The notes: generated by a model from the letters alone, not told the origin. 64,000 nucleotides of DNA from Candidatus Peregrinibacteria bacterium CG10_big_fil_rev_8_21_14_0_10_49_10 (GCA_002772545.1 PFDR01000023.1:654-64653), one strand, 5' to 3'; positions 27,385 to 37,039 are shown, counted from the stretch's first letter. Program-made: numbers and translations.

Positions 27385-29027
27385 CGCATGACGTCTATGG
27401 AAATATGCGAAGGAATGGAAGGCAATATGTTCTGCCAGGGCGGCCACACCGCTATTTCTACGTTTTCTACTTCCGGCAGATTCTGAATAATGCGTTCTGC
27501 TGTCACCTTCTGTTTTCCTGTAATGAGCTCACGCAGTTTTTTCCCAAACTGGGCACCGGTAGGACTGAGGGGATCGAGGATGTACTGCACCGTACCCGAG
27601 AGATCCACGGTAAGTTTTATCCAGGTGAGCTCATCATTGTAATCTATCACGTGCGCAACGAGACGATCCAATGTGAGCGTATCTTCCAGCAGACGCTTGC
27701 CTTCTTCCGTGTGTACACGAAGTTCCTGCTTAAGCAGTTCTAAGATGCGGTGGGAGTCGTACGCATAAGCCGTATACACAATTTCCCCGCTTACAGGAAC
27801 AGAAAGCATGGGCTGACCAAGAAATTGTCTGGGGAGACTGAAGTTTTGGTAGGATGAGTTTGTAAGTTCGTCGTAGTACAAAATCTCCATGTTGTGGTCG
27901 GGGTGCTCGGAATTGTAGAGTTCCCGCTGCTCATCTATGAGTTGCTTGGCTGTGCTCAGGAGTTCCTGTTCCAGTTTCAGCTTGGCCACCTGCAAATCTT
28001 CCTCGTGTACGACAGTTTTGTACGCGGACTCCCCGCCAAAACCAGCACTGCGGTTTTCCGCATACACTTTTTGCTGTTCCTCTTTCGAAAGACCAGGAAT
28101 ATTCCAGTGGAGTCCTGCGGGAACATTACCGCGCTCACCCACAATCTCCCCATAGAGGTCCATATCGTCGGCCTCCGCTCGTACAGTCACTTCGCCGCCG
28201 GGCGGAATGACCGCCGGCTCCTGGGTGCGAAAGACCATTCCTGCCTGATTCATAACGCGTGTACCCACACGAAGTGAATAGGTTTCTTTCGCGGTGTTAA
28301 TCATAGTCATGGCAACCCGTGAGCTGGTCCCCACGAACTCCTTGGAAATTTGGTCAAAGGTCATGGAACGTTCCACATCCACACGAATGGGCATTAACTC
28401 CAGTGTTCTCACACGTGAAGGGACTTCCTCTATGGTGGAACCGGAGAGTACTAAAAAGATATTGGCAGTTTGAGAAATGGTGTCTTCACGCGGCCATACC
28501 TGTATGGTAGCGGAAGGCAGCAACCTGAAGATGACGAAAAGAAAGAGCAACCCACTCACCAGAATCAAAATCCACACACGGAGTTTGGGCAGACTGAGAA
28601 GCCCCATAGACTGCAAATTGCTGCGCAACTTCTGCCTCCAGATATTTGGGGAAAACGCACGGACCGCTTCTTCGTACTTGGGATGCCCGTGCAGAAGATG
28701 TTTGAGATCCTGCACGCTATCTACCACGCGAATGCCCCGCGAGCGCGCCGCAGCCATCAGGACACGCTGACGGGTCGCAAGGTGCACTCGACTGCTTAAC
28801 CCGGCCATAGCATCTAAAAAGATCACACGCTCCTTCTCCTGTTTCGCCAGTACGACATCAGGGCCCGTGAGGACTATCACCATACTCCCCTGCTCCCTTT
28901 CTATGCGTTTTCTAAATGCAGACCATGACTCTCCCTCTTTGGGAAAGAGCACGGTGATGTCAGCATTCTTTGAAGAAGGCATGGGAACAGTATGAAGGAA
29001 GCACTGAGTATTGGAAACTTCTTCCAT
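27381..29027 (-). CDS. hypothetical single-pass membrane protein (548 aa)
   Basis: Long ORF with a cytoplasmic N-domain of about 150 aa, one TM (VWILILVSGLLFLFVIF) and a large extracytoplasmic domain. No family recognised. Confidence 0.6.
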   Translation of the reverse strand: MEEVSNTQCFLHTVPMPSSKNADITVLFPKEGESWSAFRKRIEREQGSMVIVLTGPDVVLAKQEKERVIFLDAMAGLSSRVHLATRQRVLMAAARSRGIRVVDSVQDLKHLLHGHPKYEEAVRAFSPNIWRQKLRSNLQSMGLLSLPKLRVWILILVSGLLFLFVIFRLLPSATIQVWPREDTISQTANIFLVLSGSTIEEVPSRVRTLELMPIRVDVERSMTFDQISKEFVGTSSRVAMTMINTAKETYSLRVGTRVMNQAGMVFRTQEPAVIPPGGEVTVRAEADDMDLYGEIVGERGNVPAGLHWNIPGLSKEEQQKVYAENRSAGFGGESAYKTVVHEEDLQVAKLKLEQELLSTAKQLIDEQRELYNSEHPDHNMEILYYDELTNSSYQNFSLPRQFLGQPMLSVPVSGEIVYTAYAYDSHRILELLKQELRVHTEEGKRLLEDTLTLDRLVAHVIDYNDELTWIKLTVDLSGTVQYILDPLSPTGAQFGKKLRELITGKQKVTAERIIQNLPEVENVEIAVWPPWQNILPSIPSHISIDVMR

Positions 29028-29036
29028 ATGCTCACC

Positions 29037-29066
29037 AAAAAAACGGAGTAGGTAGGTGCCTACTCC
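29037..29066 (-). terminator. rho-independent terminator after the 99-aa membrane gene
   Basis: GGAGTAGG/CCTACTCC 8-bp stem (29045-29066) followed on the minus strand by TTTTTTT (29037-29043). It ends only 10 nt before the next start codon (29027). Confidence 0.65.
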
Positions 29067-29082
29067 ATTCGTTCCAATAGTC

Positions 29083-29382
29083 TTACTTCTTTTTTAGTTT
29101 AGCCTTTGTATCTGCAGACAGGGGTGGCGGCTTGGATTCCGCAACCAGACGCTTATACACAAAGGAGGCAAATACTCCATTGACTAGCGCAAAGCATCCC
29201 AATGCAAGCAGTTCTTCATCTGAACAGGTACCTCTTTTTGTAAGCGTGTTTATAGCATTTTCCACATGTTTAAATGCTATAGACTCCAGATACCGTAGCC
29301 CCACCCAGGTATGGAACGAAAGGACACAACAGACACAGAAAGTAAGAACGGCTTTTAACACTGTTCCCATATGCCTCTCCAA
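29083..29382 (-). CDS. small membrane protein, unknown function
   Basis: 99 aa with two hydrophobic segments and a Lys-rich tail. Confidence 0.45.
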   Translation of the reverse strand: MERHMGTVLKAVLTFCVCCVLSFHTWVGLRYLESIAFKHVENAINTLTKRGTCSDEELLALGCFALVNGVFASFVYKRLVAESKPPPLSADTKAKLKKK

Positions 29383-29504
29383 AGCAAAAGTGAATGAACA
29401 AAAACTATTGGGGCGAGAGTGTAATATGATTCCACGGTAAAAACGATAAAAATGCTCCTCTTTAAGAGACGTACCATTCTAGCGCAACGGAAGCATCTGC
29501 CTTG

Positions 29505-30713
29505 CTAGTTGCTCTTCTTAAGCAGCACTTCCAGCGCCGGCAGTTTTTTGCCGGAAATAAAGTCCATCATGGCTCCTCCGGCTGTACTCACAAACGTATA
29601 AGCCTCCAGCGAATAACCGTACCGCTCATGGAAGTCGAGGGTATCCCCTCCTCCGACTATAGAGATGGCTCCGTTCTTCGTGGCGGCTGCAATGGCTTCC
29701 GCAACGCGTTTTGTTGCATGCGAGAAACGGTTGAATTCATGTAATCCGAGAGGCCCGTTCCACACAATGGTCCTAGACTGCTGTATGATTTGCAGGTACT
29801 GCTCCAGTGTGCGCACACCAATGTCGTATATCGCCATATCTCCGGCAATGTTCTCTACCGGAAGATCCACCTTTACGGCATTCTCTGCTGGTTCCGTTGC
29901 CAGCACAGCATCGGTCGGCACGTGCACAGTGGCATTCTTGTCACTATCGCTTTCCAGCATTATTTCCTGTGCTTTTTCCACCCATTGTTCTTCGTACAGT
30001 GATGTTCCAACGTCATAGCCGCTCGCGGCTATAAAGGTGTTGGCTATGCCTCCGCCGAGCAGAATATGATCTGCCCGTGTTAAAAAGTTTTCAATCACCG
30101 GTACTTTTGTTTCCATTTTTACACCACTCACAATAAGGGTGACCGGATGCCCGGGACGATCAAATGCCTTTGAAAGATTTTCTACCTCCTGCTGTGCCTG
30201 AAGCCCCAGATAACCGGGAAGCAGCTTGGGAACACCGGTCATACTGGCATGGTCACGATGTGAATTGGTAAATGCATCGTTTACATAGATGTCTGCGAGT
30301 GCAGCCAGTTGCTCTGCGAAAGCGGAATCTTTTTCCTGCTTCTCTCCCGGTTCAAACCGCAAATTCTCGAGGAGGAGCACCTGCCCCGGTTGCAGTGCGG
30401 CTGCCTTTGTTTTGGTCTCCTCCCCCACACACCGCTCAGCAAAATCCACGTTGATACCCAGCAGCTGTTTAAGAACAGGCACAAGAGGCTTTTGACTCAT
30501 TTCCGGAACAACCTTTGCCTTTGGTCTGCCCTGGTGCGCCATAATAATGAGTGCGGCACGGGAGTCCAGAATGTACTTCATGGTAGGCACCATGGCCTCT
30601 ATACGTGTCGTGTCCTGTACTTTGCCGTCCTCTATGGGCACATCAAAACCTGCACGAAGGAGAACTTTCTTTCCGGTCAGATCTGCGTTTTTAAGGAGAG
30701 GGTAGGCAGACAT
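29505..30713 (-). CDS. pgk: phosphoglycerate kinase
   Basis: 402 aa. KKVLLRAGFDVP N-terminus and typical PGK sequence throughout. TACAAT (30720-30725) lies 6 nt upstream of the ATG. Confidence 0.96.
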   Translation of the reverse strand: MSAYPLLKNADLTGKKVLLRAGFDVPIEDGKVQDTTRIEAMVPTMKYILDSRAALIIMAHQGRPKAKVVPEMSQKPLVPVLKQLLGINVDFAERCVGEETKTKAAALQPGQVLLLENLRFEPGEKQEKDSAFAEQLAALADIYVNDAFTNSHRDHASMTGVPKLLPGYLGLQAQQEVENLSKAFDRPGHPVTLIVSGVKMETKVPVIENFLTRADHILLGGGIANTFIAASGYDVGTSLYEEQWVEKAQEIMLESDSDKNATVHVPTDAVLATEPAENAVKVDLPVENIAGDMAIYDIGVRTLEQYLQIIQQSRTIVWNGPLGLHEFNRFSHATKRVAEAIAAATKNGAISIVGGGDTLDFHERYGYSLEAYTFVSTAGGAMMDFISGKKLPALEVLLKKSN

Positions 30714-30788
30714 AGGTGCATTGTAACTGAGGAAGGGATGTATGCGCTGGCGGTTAGGGTAGACAGAACGGTTATTCGTTACCAGTTT

Positions 30789-31160
30789 TTAGTTATTCAT
30801 TTTTAGTATTGTGTCTACACACTCCGGCTTCACGTCTTCCAGAAGAAATCCTGTCAGTACTCCTCCCCTATTCAGTACCATATTGACCTTTTGTTTTGCA
30901 GAAGCGTCCAATACATCCAGCAGAGGAAGAATCGGATGCTGGAGTTTCGGTCCAATAATATATGCCCGGCGGTCAAAGTGGAACATTTCACTCAGACGCT
31001 CCGGTAGGTGATCTTCTTTGGTAGGGTAGCGATCACAGAAGGCGTCCATCCCCTGCTTCGTAAAGAATGCATTCCACTCCTTTTGCAGAGCGGATGCATG
31101 CGGGTAAGACCCGAGGATGCCAAAGAGTTCGCGGGAAGGAGATACACGAGGCTTGTTCAT
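30789..31160 (-). CDS. shikimate dehydrogenase N-terminal-domain-like protein (stand-alone, no NAD domain)
   Basis: 123 aa from the MNKPRV Met. FGILGSYPHAS...YIIGPKLQ...VNMVLNRGGVLTGF follows the spacing of the AroE substrate-binding domain. TATACT (31167-31172) lies 6 nt upstream and supports this start. Confidence 0.35.
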   Translation of the reverse strand: MNKPRVSPSRELFGILGSYPHASALQKEWNAFFTKQGMDAFCDRYPTKEDHLPERLSEMFHFDRRAYIIGPKLQHPILPLLDVLDASAKQKVNMVLNRGGVLTGFLLEDVKPECVDTILKMNN

Positions 31161-31375
31161 AGAGCCAGTATAGCGGAAAGCAACCTTCGGCAGCCGTAAG
31201 CAGCAGCCGCACCCACGAAGGGGTGCGGCTGCGAAAAGGCATGCATGGAGTTGCATCCTTCATGGATGCAGCTCCATAATCTCTGAAGCAAAAAGTGACC
31301 AGTTGAGCTCCGTACCCGACAGCCGTCTCACAGAAAGAATAGCCTTGAAGCCCCCATCACTCCTACAATGCCTCC

Positions 31376-32452
31376 ATGCTCACCCTTCCGCAGATACTCG
31401 GCTGGTCGACCTGTACACTGGTCGCTTCGTTACTGCTGCACTGGTACGCCCTGCGGCTGTTCCCCCGATGGAAACTGCTGGACTTCCCCGAGCGTTACGG
31501 GCTGCAACGGGAACGTATCCCCTACCCTACAGGGATTCTTGCGGTATCACTTTTTCTCCTGCTCTTTGCGCTTGTGCAACCCTCCTTTGCATCTCCCTGG
31601 TCACTGCAACATATGGGTCTCTTTGCCGCCACCCTTCTGCTGGGCATTACATCCTTTATAGACGACAGAGACCGACTCAGCCCCAAGCTGCGCATAGTCA
31701 TTCACATTCTCTGTGGAGTCATCATTTTTGGCACCGGCACACGCATCTACTCCCTCACCAATCCTCTGGAAGCACTCACGGGTATACCACGCCTCCAGCT
31801 GGATACGTACGTCATCCGCTCCTCTCTGCTTTCGGACCCTTCCCTTATTGGCGCGCTGTTTACCGTACTGTGGCTGGGACTCACCATGAATGCACTCAAC
31901 TGGTTTGATGGTATACCCGGTCAGGTGAGTGTGCTTGCTGTCATCGGATTTGTCACCATCGGATTCCTTTCCCTCTCTGCACGTGTGAACCAGCCGGAAT
32001 TGGCATTCCTGAGCTTTTTACTTGCGAGCATAGCTCTTGGCGGCCTCCTCTTTGATCTCCCGCCGGCAACAGCGCTCATGGGCGATACCGGTGCCATGTT
32101 CTACGGCCTTCTACTTGGCGTGCTCACCATCTACGCCGGAGGAAAAGTGGCAACGGCGTTTTTAGTACTCGGCGTGCCACTCATAGATTTTGCCATCGTC
32201 ATCTTCCGCAGAGTGCTCCACCACTCCCCTATTCTACAGGGAGGAGACAATGAGCACCTGCATCACCGCTTGCTCGCAAAGGGCTGGTCGCAGAGACAAG
32301 TCATACTGCTTACGGCAGTGCTCGGCTCCACCTTCGGCGTGTCGGCGCTGTTCCTGAGCACGGTTCAAAAGTTTATTGCAGCACTCATTCTCTTTGGCGT
32401 GATGCTAACTCTCAGCAGGTATGCTCAATTCAAAACCCATGAAAACTCATGA
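31376..32452 (+). CDS. glycosyltransferase family 4 polyprenyl-phosphate sugar-phosphate transferase (MraY/WecA family)
   Basis: 358 aa, about 10 TM segments, DDRDRLSPK and NALNWFDGIPG motifs. TACAAT (31364-31369) lies 6 nt upstream. Confidence 0.8.
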   Translation: MLTLPQILGWSTCTLVASLLLHWYALRLFPRWKLLDFPERYGLQRERIPYPTGILAVSLFLLLFALVQPSFASPWSLQHMGLFAATLLLGITSFIDDRDRLSPKLRIVIHILCGVIIFGTGTRIYSLTNPLEALTGIPRLQLDTYVIRSSLLSDPSLIGALFTVLWLGLTMNALNWFDGIPGQVSVLAVIGFVTIGFLSLSARVNQPELAFLSFLLASIALGGLLFDLPPATALMGDTGAMFYGLLLGVLTIYAGGKVATAFLVLGVPLIDFAIVIFRRVLHHSPILQGGDNEHLHHRLLAKGWSQRQVILLTAVLGSTFGVSALFLSTVQKFIAALILFGVMLTLSRYAQFKTHENS

Positions 32453-33501
32453 TCCGGAAGTTCCGGGGCTACAAAATTTGTAGCCTTTTTATGAATAATG
32501 TTTTGAATACGCACACACATCGCCAATGCCTCTCTTCCATCTTCTGAAAGATCACTACGTTCTGAGACCTGCCAAACATCATGGTCATCTGTGTGAGCCA
32601 AGTCCCACTCCGTAAGTAGCTTACCCGAAATTCGATCATAATCTTTTGTTGTATAAACTCCCACCTGCTGAGCAGTATCTGAAAATGCACTGAATGCCGG
32701 ACCGGCCTGAGTGACCTCATGAGTATCAGACCGCACCTCACGCATAAGATGTGCCGGCATAACAACACGGTTTTTCATCATATCTCTAATTGTTTCTATC
32801 ATTCCATTCGGATCAATCTCCAAGGCAGTTTTTACAAAATTGCTATACATGATTGCATGCATACCTTCGTCTCCTGCAATAGTTCTACAGGCTTTGGCAA
32901 TCAGTGGTGCATTACAATCTGTAGCTATTTTTGCAACATTTGCGTGCGAAACCTGAGTGGCACGCTCCTGAAATGCTGTGTAATAAAATGAACTGTAGGG
33001 ATCGTTTTCTGTTCCTATTTGCATACCATCATCTATGAGCATATGTTTAGAGCGTTCATAAGCACCCATATCAACCGCCTCGGACATAAACAAAATACGA
33101 TCCAAGAGGGTACCGTGGCGTTCCTCCTCTGCTGACCAAGCCCGTATCCACTGCTGCAAAGAACTATCATGTGGATCCGGCATACCTTCTATTGAAGTAA
33201 GGAAATGTGTGTAGGTTGGAAGAGCTTCTTCTGTGAGGGTATCTCCAATCAAGACGATGCGTATTTCCCTTGAGAGCGAGGCCATCTCCTTTGCTATGGC
33301 ACCATGTGCGGTGTGAGGAACTATGGAAGAGGGTGTCCAGACTTCTTCGTACCCCTTTCTCTTTGTGAGAGTTGACCAGGGAATACGCCCATCGGAAATT
33401 CGCTGCTCTATCTCGTTCATTGACTTTCTTCGCATCTCCTCTTGCTTAGCCAATTGCTCACCAGTTCGTTCTGACATGTAAGACCAGAATAGTGATCGCA
33501 A
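32425..33501 (-). CDS. soluble acyl-ACP desaturase-family di-iron protein
   Basis: 358 aa. EALPTY, WSAEEERHG and AGDEGMH motifs match the two EENRHG/DExRH iron-binding motifs of stearoyl-ACP desaturase/DesA. The 3' end overlaps the convergent gene by 28 nt. Confidence 0.78.
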   Translation of the reverse strand: MRSLFWSYMSERTGEQLAKQEEMRRKSMNEIEQRISDGRIPWSTLTKRKGYEEVWTPSSIVPHTAHGAIAKEMASLSREIRIVLIGDTLTEEALPTYTHFLTSIEGMPDPHDSSLQQWIRAWSAEEERHGTLLDRILFMSEAVDMGAYERSKHMLIDDGMQIGTENDPYSSFYYTAFQERATQVSHANVAKIATDCNAPLIAKACRTIAGDEGMHAIMYSNFVKTALEIDPNGMIETIRDMMKNRVVMPAHLMREVRSDTHEVTQAGPAFSAFSDTAQQVGVYTTKDYDRISGKLLTEWDLAHTDDHDVWQVSERSDLSEDGREALAMCVRIQNIIHKKATNFVAPELPDHEFSWVLN

Positions 33502-33524
33502 GGAAGAAATGCTAGACTTAAGTC

Positions 33525-33860
33525 ATGGATTTTGAGCTCTACCACCTCATTGTGTATGTTCCTACGAAAGAAGCCGATGCCGTGCGGAAGGCGCTGGCCA
33601 ATGCCGGTGCCGGGAGCATAGGTCACTACGACAGTTGCTCGTTCTCTACCCACGGCATAGGACGTTTTCGCCCCGACGAAGATGCAAAACCTGCCATAGG
33701 AGCAGCAAGTCATTTGGAGGAAGTAAAAGAGGAACGCATAGAAGTGGTGGTACAACACTCCAGACTCAAAGAAACACTGAATGCCGTGCTGGAAGTACAC
33801 CCCTACGAAGAACCGGCTATGCACGTAGTACCCATGTTGGACTACCGTACCCTCCTTTAG
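33525..33860 (+). CDS. NIF3/YqfO cap-domain-like small protein
   Basis: 111 aa. IVYVP...A..V..AL..AGAG.IG.Y..C.F...G.G.F.P...A.P.IG.......E.RIE......L...L.AV...HPYEEPA pattern. TGcTAGACT lies 6 nt upstream. Confidence 0.5.
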   Translation: MDFELYHLIVYVPTKEADAVRKALANAGAGSIGHYDSCSFSTHGIGRFRPDEDAKPAIGAASHLEEVKEERIEVVVQHSRLKETLNAVLEVHPYEEPAMHVVPMLDYRTLL

Positions 33861-33922
33861 CGCAACAGGATGTGAAGATCTCCGACCTATTTGAAAATTC
33901 TACTGCGCTGTATACTCCCGCT

Positions 33923-34333
33923 ATGAAATCACCCATTCCTCTACTCCTTTGCCTGGCAATTCTCCTCCCCGCCTGCACATGGGACGGCGAAGAAGTGACG
34001 AACGCACCGACCGATTCACCTCCCGCATCGTTGGTAGACCGGGGCGTACAAGATGACATTCCTCTGTACTACGAAGATTCCGATGCAAAGAAAGTATCCT
34101 ACTTAGCAACGGAAACAGGTGGCATTGTCATCACCATGGAAACGATCAACGGCCCCTTAAGTCCCATGACGTACTACCGTAAAATTGGGGAACGGGGATG
34201 GAAGATAGTGCAGGATACGCCGAACAACGGAGGAACACTGAAAGCCACAAAACAGGGGCGTACACTGGAAGTGACATTTGTAGAACTCCCGGGTGGAGCC
34301 GGAACGTTTCTTACGCTTGTCACGCGTGACTAA
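33923..34333 (+). CDS. putative lipoprotein
   Basis: MKSPIPLLLCLAILLPAC is a signal peptide with a lipobox-like LPAC. 136 aa. Confidence 0.6.
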   Translation: MKSPIPLLLCLAILLPACTWDGEEVTNAPTDSPPASLVDRGVQDDIPLYYEDSDAKKVSYLATETGGIVITMETINGPLSPMTYYRKIGERGWKIVQDTPNNGGTLKATKQGRTLEVTFVELPGGAGTFLTLVTRD

Positions 34334-34383
34334 TCTGCTCCTCTACAGTTTATATGCTACGAACAATTTCTAGTTTCTAGTTT

Positions 34384-35979
34384 CTAATCCTTCACATACT
34401 CCATGGGCCGACTCACATTCTGGAAGGGCTGGGCCTGTATAACAATGGTTCTCCTGCCACGGGGCAGCATGTAGACTTCGGCTTCACCCTGTACAAAATC
34501 CACTTGTGAGAGAATTGCAGGACGGAATTCCGCATCTCCGTAAGCAGTGTGCATGTAAATATCACGATCAAGCCGTGGGTTAAAGATCAGATTGCCCTGA
34601 GCATCCGTGAGTTGCACGGTAATTTTTTCCCACCCTCTTCCGCTGTAACTCTCATCATGTTGCACCTCTACGTTGGCAACTATGACCTGCTCCATAAGAA
34701 TGGACTCGGTATCCCGGGAAGCCACTTCACTCGTCTGTACGATGGTCGGTGTACGTGCAACCTGCAATGTTGCAAATTTCTCCCGTTCCAGTCGCTCCTG
34801 AATACGTTCCTGCCGACTCTGAGCTATACGTTGTGCTAAGGAAAGTCGAACAACGGGTGCAGCAGGTGGTGCTGGTTTCAACACGTTCAGAGGAGGGGCA
34901 GTATGTACAGTCGTATCCTGTGTATTTGCAGCCACTGTCTGCACAACTACCGAAGATGCAGGTACTTCTGCCACATGCTCTGCAAGGCGTTGGTGTATAC
35001 GCAGAGCCACACGTTCCTCCCTCGTCAGTACAGGTGGTGCCTGCACGTCCTGCACAACGACTTGTTGTGTGAAAGAAGGATAATTGCTCTGTACATAGAG
35101 CATGGGATGGACTGTGTACTCCGTAAGGCGCTCACTGTAGAGTCCTACATCCACAGCCTGGTCCGTCGTGAGATGTGCTTTCGTTGCTTCCTCATCGGTA
35201 AACGGCCAGAAGGGGTGGAACGGTGCACTCTCTCTGTCCATTTGGAAATGCAAATGCGGTCCTGTCACAAAGCCTGAATCACCAGAGTAAGCAATCTGCT
35301 GGCCCTTCTGCACCACATCTCCTTCGGAGACGAGGAAACTCTGCAAGTGGGCGTAGCAGGAGTACAACGTTGTCAAACTGTTTGGACGGTCAGGGTCAGG
35401 AACATTGGGGTGTCGTACAATGACCACATTGCCATACCCACCTCCTGTTTTTATTTCTTCCACAATGCCGTTGGCAACCGCACGGACAGGCGTACCAATG
35501 GGTACCCGGATATCCACCCCGGGGTGGCTACCGGAATTTTCGGCACCTGTGGAGTAAGAGCCCCTGTTTCCTACAGAGTAGAAACTGGAAGTGGTAGAAG
35601 CACTCCGTGTACGCAGTTGCTCATACTGATCATACTGAGGCAAATCTATAAGAAGATTCTGCGGCACCTGTCGAAACGTATGCAGTTCCGCACTCCCCCC
35701 GTAGGCAGACCATTTGCTGTAATCCGGAACTTTCTCAATGGGAGAGACTGTTCCCATATACACGATGAGGCTATCATCCTGATTACCCAGCACGGAAGCC
35801 ATAAACAGGTACCAACCATGCTGCCCTATCATATTGCCAATGATGAATGCCATCACTGAAAGCGTAGCAATCCAAAAGGAACTCCTCTGGCTGAGGAAGT
35901 ACACAGGGTGGGGCTCCCGCTTATTATGCAGAGGCCCGGAGGCAAAGCCGTGTTTGCGGCGTGAGACAAGAGAAGTCAT
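34384..35979 (-). CDS. membrane-anchored M23 (LytM-type) metallopeptidase
   Basis: HPGVDI (HxxxD) and GPHLHFQM (HxH) motifs, an N-terminal TM segment, and a long C-terminal extension. Confidence 0.85.
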   Translation of the reverse strand: MTSLVSRRKHGFASGPLHNKREPHPVYFLSQRSSFWIATLSVMAFIIGNMIGQHGWYLFMASVLGNQDDSLIVYMGTVSPIEKVPDYSKWSAYGGSAELHTFRQVPQNLLIDLPQYDQYEQLRTRSASTTSSFYSVGNRGSYSTGAENSGSHPGVDIRVPIGTPVRAVANGIVEEIKTGGGYGNVVIVRHPNVPDPDRPNSLTTLYSCYAHLQSFLVSEGDVVQKGQQIAYSGDSGFVTGPHLHFQMDRESAPFHPFWPFTDEEATKAHLTTDQAVDVGLYSERLTEYTVHPMLYVQSNYPSFTQQVVVQDVQAPPVLTREERVALRIHQRLAEHVAEVPASSVVVQTVAANTQDTTVHTAPPLNVLKPAPPAAPVVRLSLAQRIAQSRQERIQERLEREKFATLQVARTPTIVQTSEVASRDTESILMEQVIVANVEVQHDESYSGRGWEKITVQLTDAQGNLIFNPRLDRDIYMHTAYGDAEFRPAILSQVDFVQGEAEVYMLPRGRRTIVIQAQPFQNVSRPMEYVKD

Positions 35980-36019
35980 TTTTATGTGTCTTTATATTAT
36001 ATTATAACATTTTTTCATT

Positions 36020-37039
36020 TTGGAAACAATAGACTACAACATCGAGATTTGGCTTAAAGAAGCCGAAAATACCCATACTTGCGGCAAATCTCTCGCGGAT
36101 TCCATCTATACCACTCCTGTTACTATTCTGCTTTCGGGGGAGATAGGGTCGGGCAAAACAACATTTCTGAACGGTTTTTCGGAAGCCCTGGGAATACAGG
36201 AAGACATTCCCAGCCCTACCTTCGCCCTGGAGCATCATCACAAAACCAAAAGCGGAGCTCCGTTCCTCCACATAGATCTTTACAGACTTTCCGGAAAGGA
36301 GGCAGAAGCATTTGTAGAGCAAACGGGTGAATTTGAAGGCTTCCGCTGTATTGAGTGGACACAGCACCTCTCCAGACTCCCTGCCGGACCCACCATAGCC
36401 ATCTCTCTTGAGGATACAAACAGAAAACAGGGACACAGGCTCGAGTGCACATTTCACGACGTACCCCTTCCCGGCACCGCACGCATTCTTGCCTGGCGCG
36501 AGGAGCTTGAACTCCCCCATCATATTTCTGCACACTGTGATACTGTTGCGGATTTGGCCGTGGAATTCGGCAGGCACATACTGAAGGAGGGTACAATCGT
36601 ACGACTGAATGCTCTCAAGGTTGCAGGACAGCTACATGACCTTCTGCGATTTGTAGATTTTCCCGTTGAGGGGTCTGCGCAGAGCGATTCACCAACCGAA
36701 CCGGCAATTTGGGAGCGTGTACGTGAGCAGTACAGCGGACTTCACCACGAAGGAGCCTGTGCGGCATTTTTGCGGAAGAATGGATTTGCAGCGTGTGCAG
36801 ATATTGTGGAAGTGCATGGACTTTCACTCCCGCCAAATGAGCGACGCACCATAGAGCAGAAATTGCTGTACTACGCAGATAAACGCGTGAGCCACGAGAA
36901 TGTTGTATCTCTGGAAGAACGCTTTGCCGAGTTTACGGAGCGCTACAAAGGCAGAGCATATATGGCAGACGCAGACATCTGGTTTGGGCAGGCAAAAGAA
37001 TTGGAAAAAGAACTCTTCGGAAAAAGGCCCCCAAGGTAG
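36020..37039 (+). CDS. tsaE: TsaE (t6A ATPase) fused to an HD-domain phosphohydrolase
   Basis: The N-terminal half has GEIGSGKTT, PSPTFAL and HIDLYRL (TsaE/YjeE). The C-terminal half (about 190 aa) has H...HD...D spacing (ISAHCDTV...GQLHDLLRF...YYADKR), as in YqeK-type HD proteins. TTG start. Confidence 0.72.
   Translation: METIDYNIEIWLKEAENTHTCGKSLADSIYTTPVTILLSGEIGSGKTTFLNGFSEALGIQEDIPSPTFALEHHHKTKSGAPFLHIDLYRLSGKEAEAFVEQTGEFEGFRCIEWTQHLSRLPAGPTIAISLEDTNRKQGHRLECTFHDVPLPGTARILAWREELELPHHISAHCDTVADLAVEFGRHILKEGTIVRLNALKVAGQLHDLLRFVDFPVEGSAQSDSPTEPAIWERVREQYSGLHHEGACAAFLRKNGFAACADIVEVHGLSLPPNERRTIEQKLLYYADKRVSHENVVSLEERFAEFTERYKGRAYMADADIWFGQAKELEKELFGKRPPR

Noticed and set aside
33635-33922. 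N-terminal 96 aa of the 232-aa ORF overlapping the NIF3-like gene
   Set aside because: It is Arg-rich frame-shadow sequence that overlaps a better-supported gene. A clean lipoprotein signal peptide starts at the Met at 33923.
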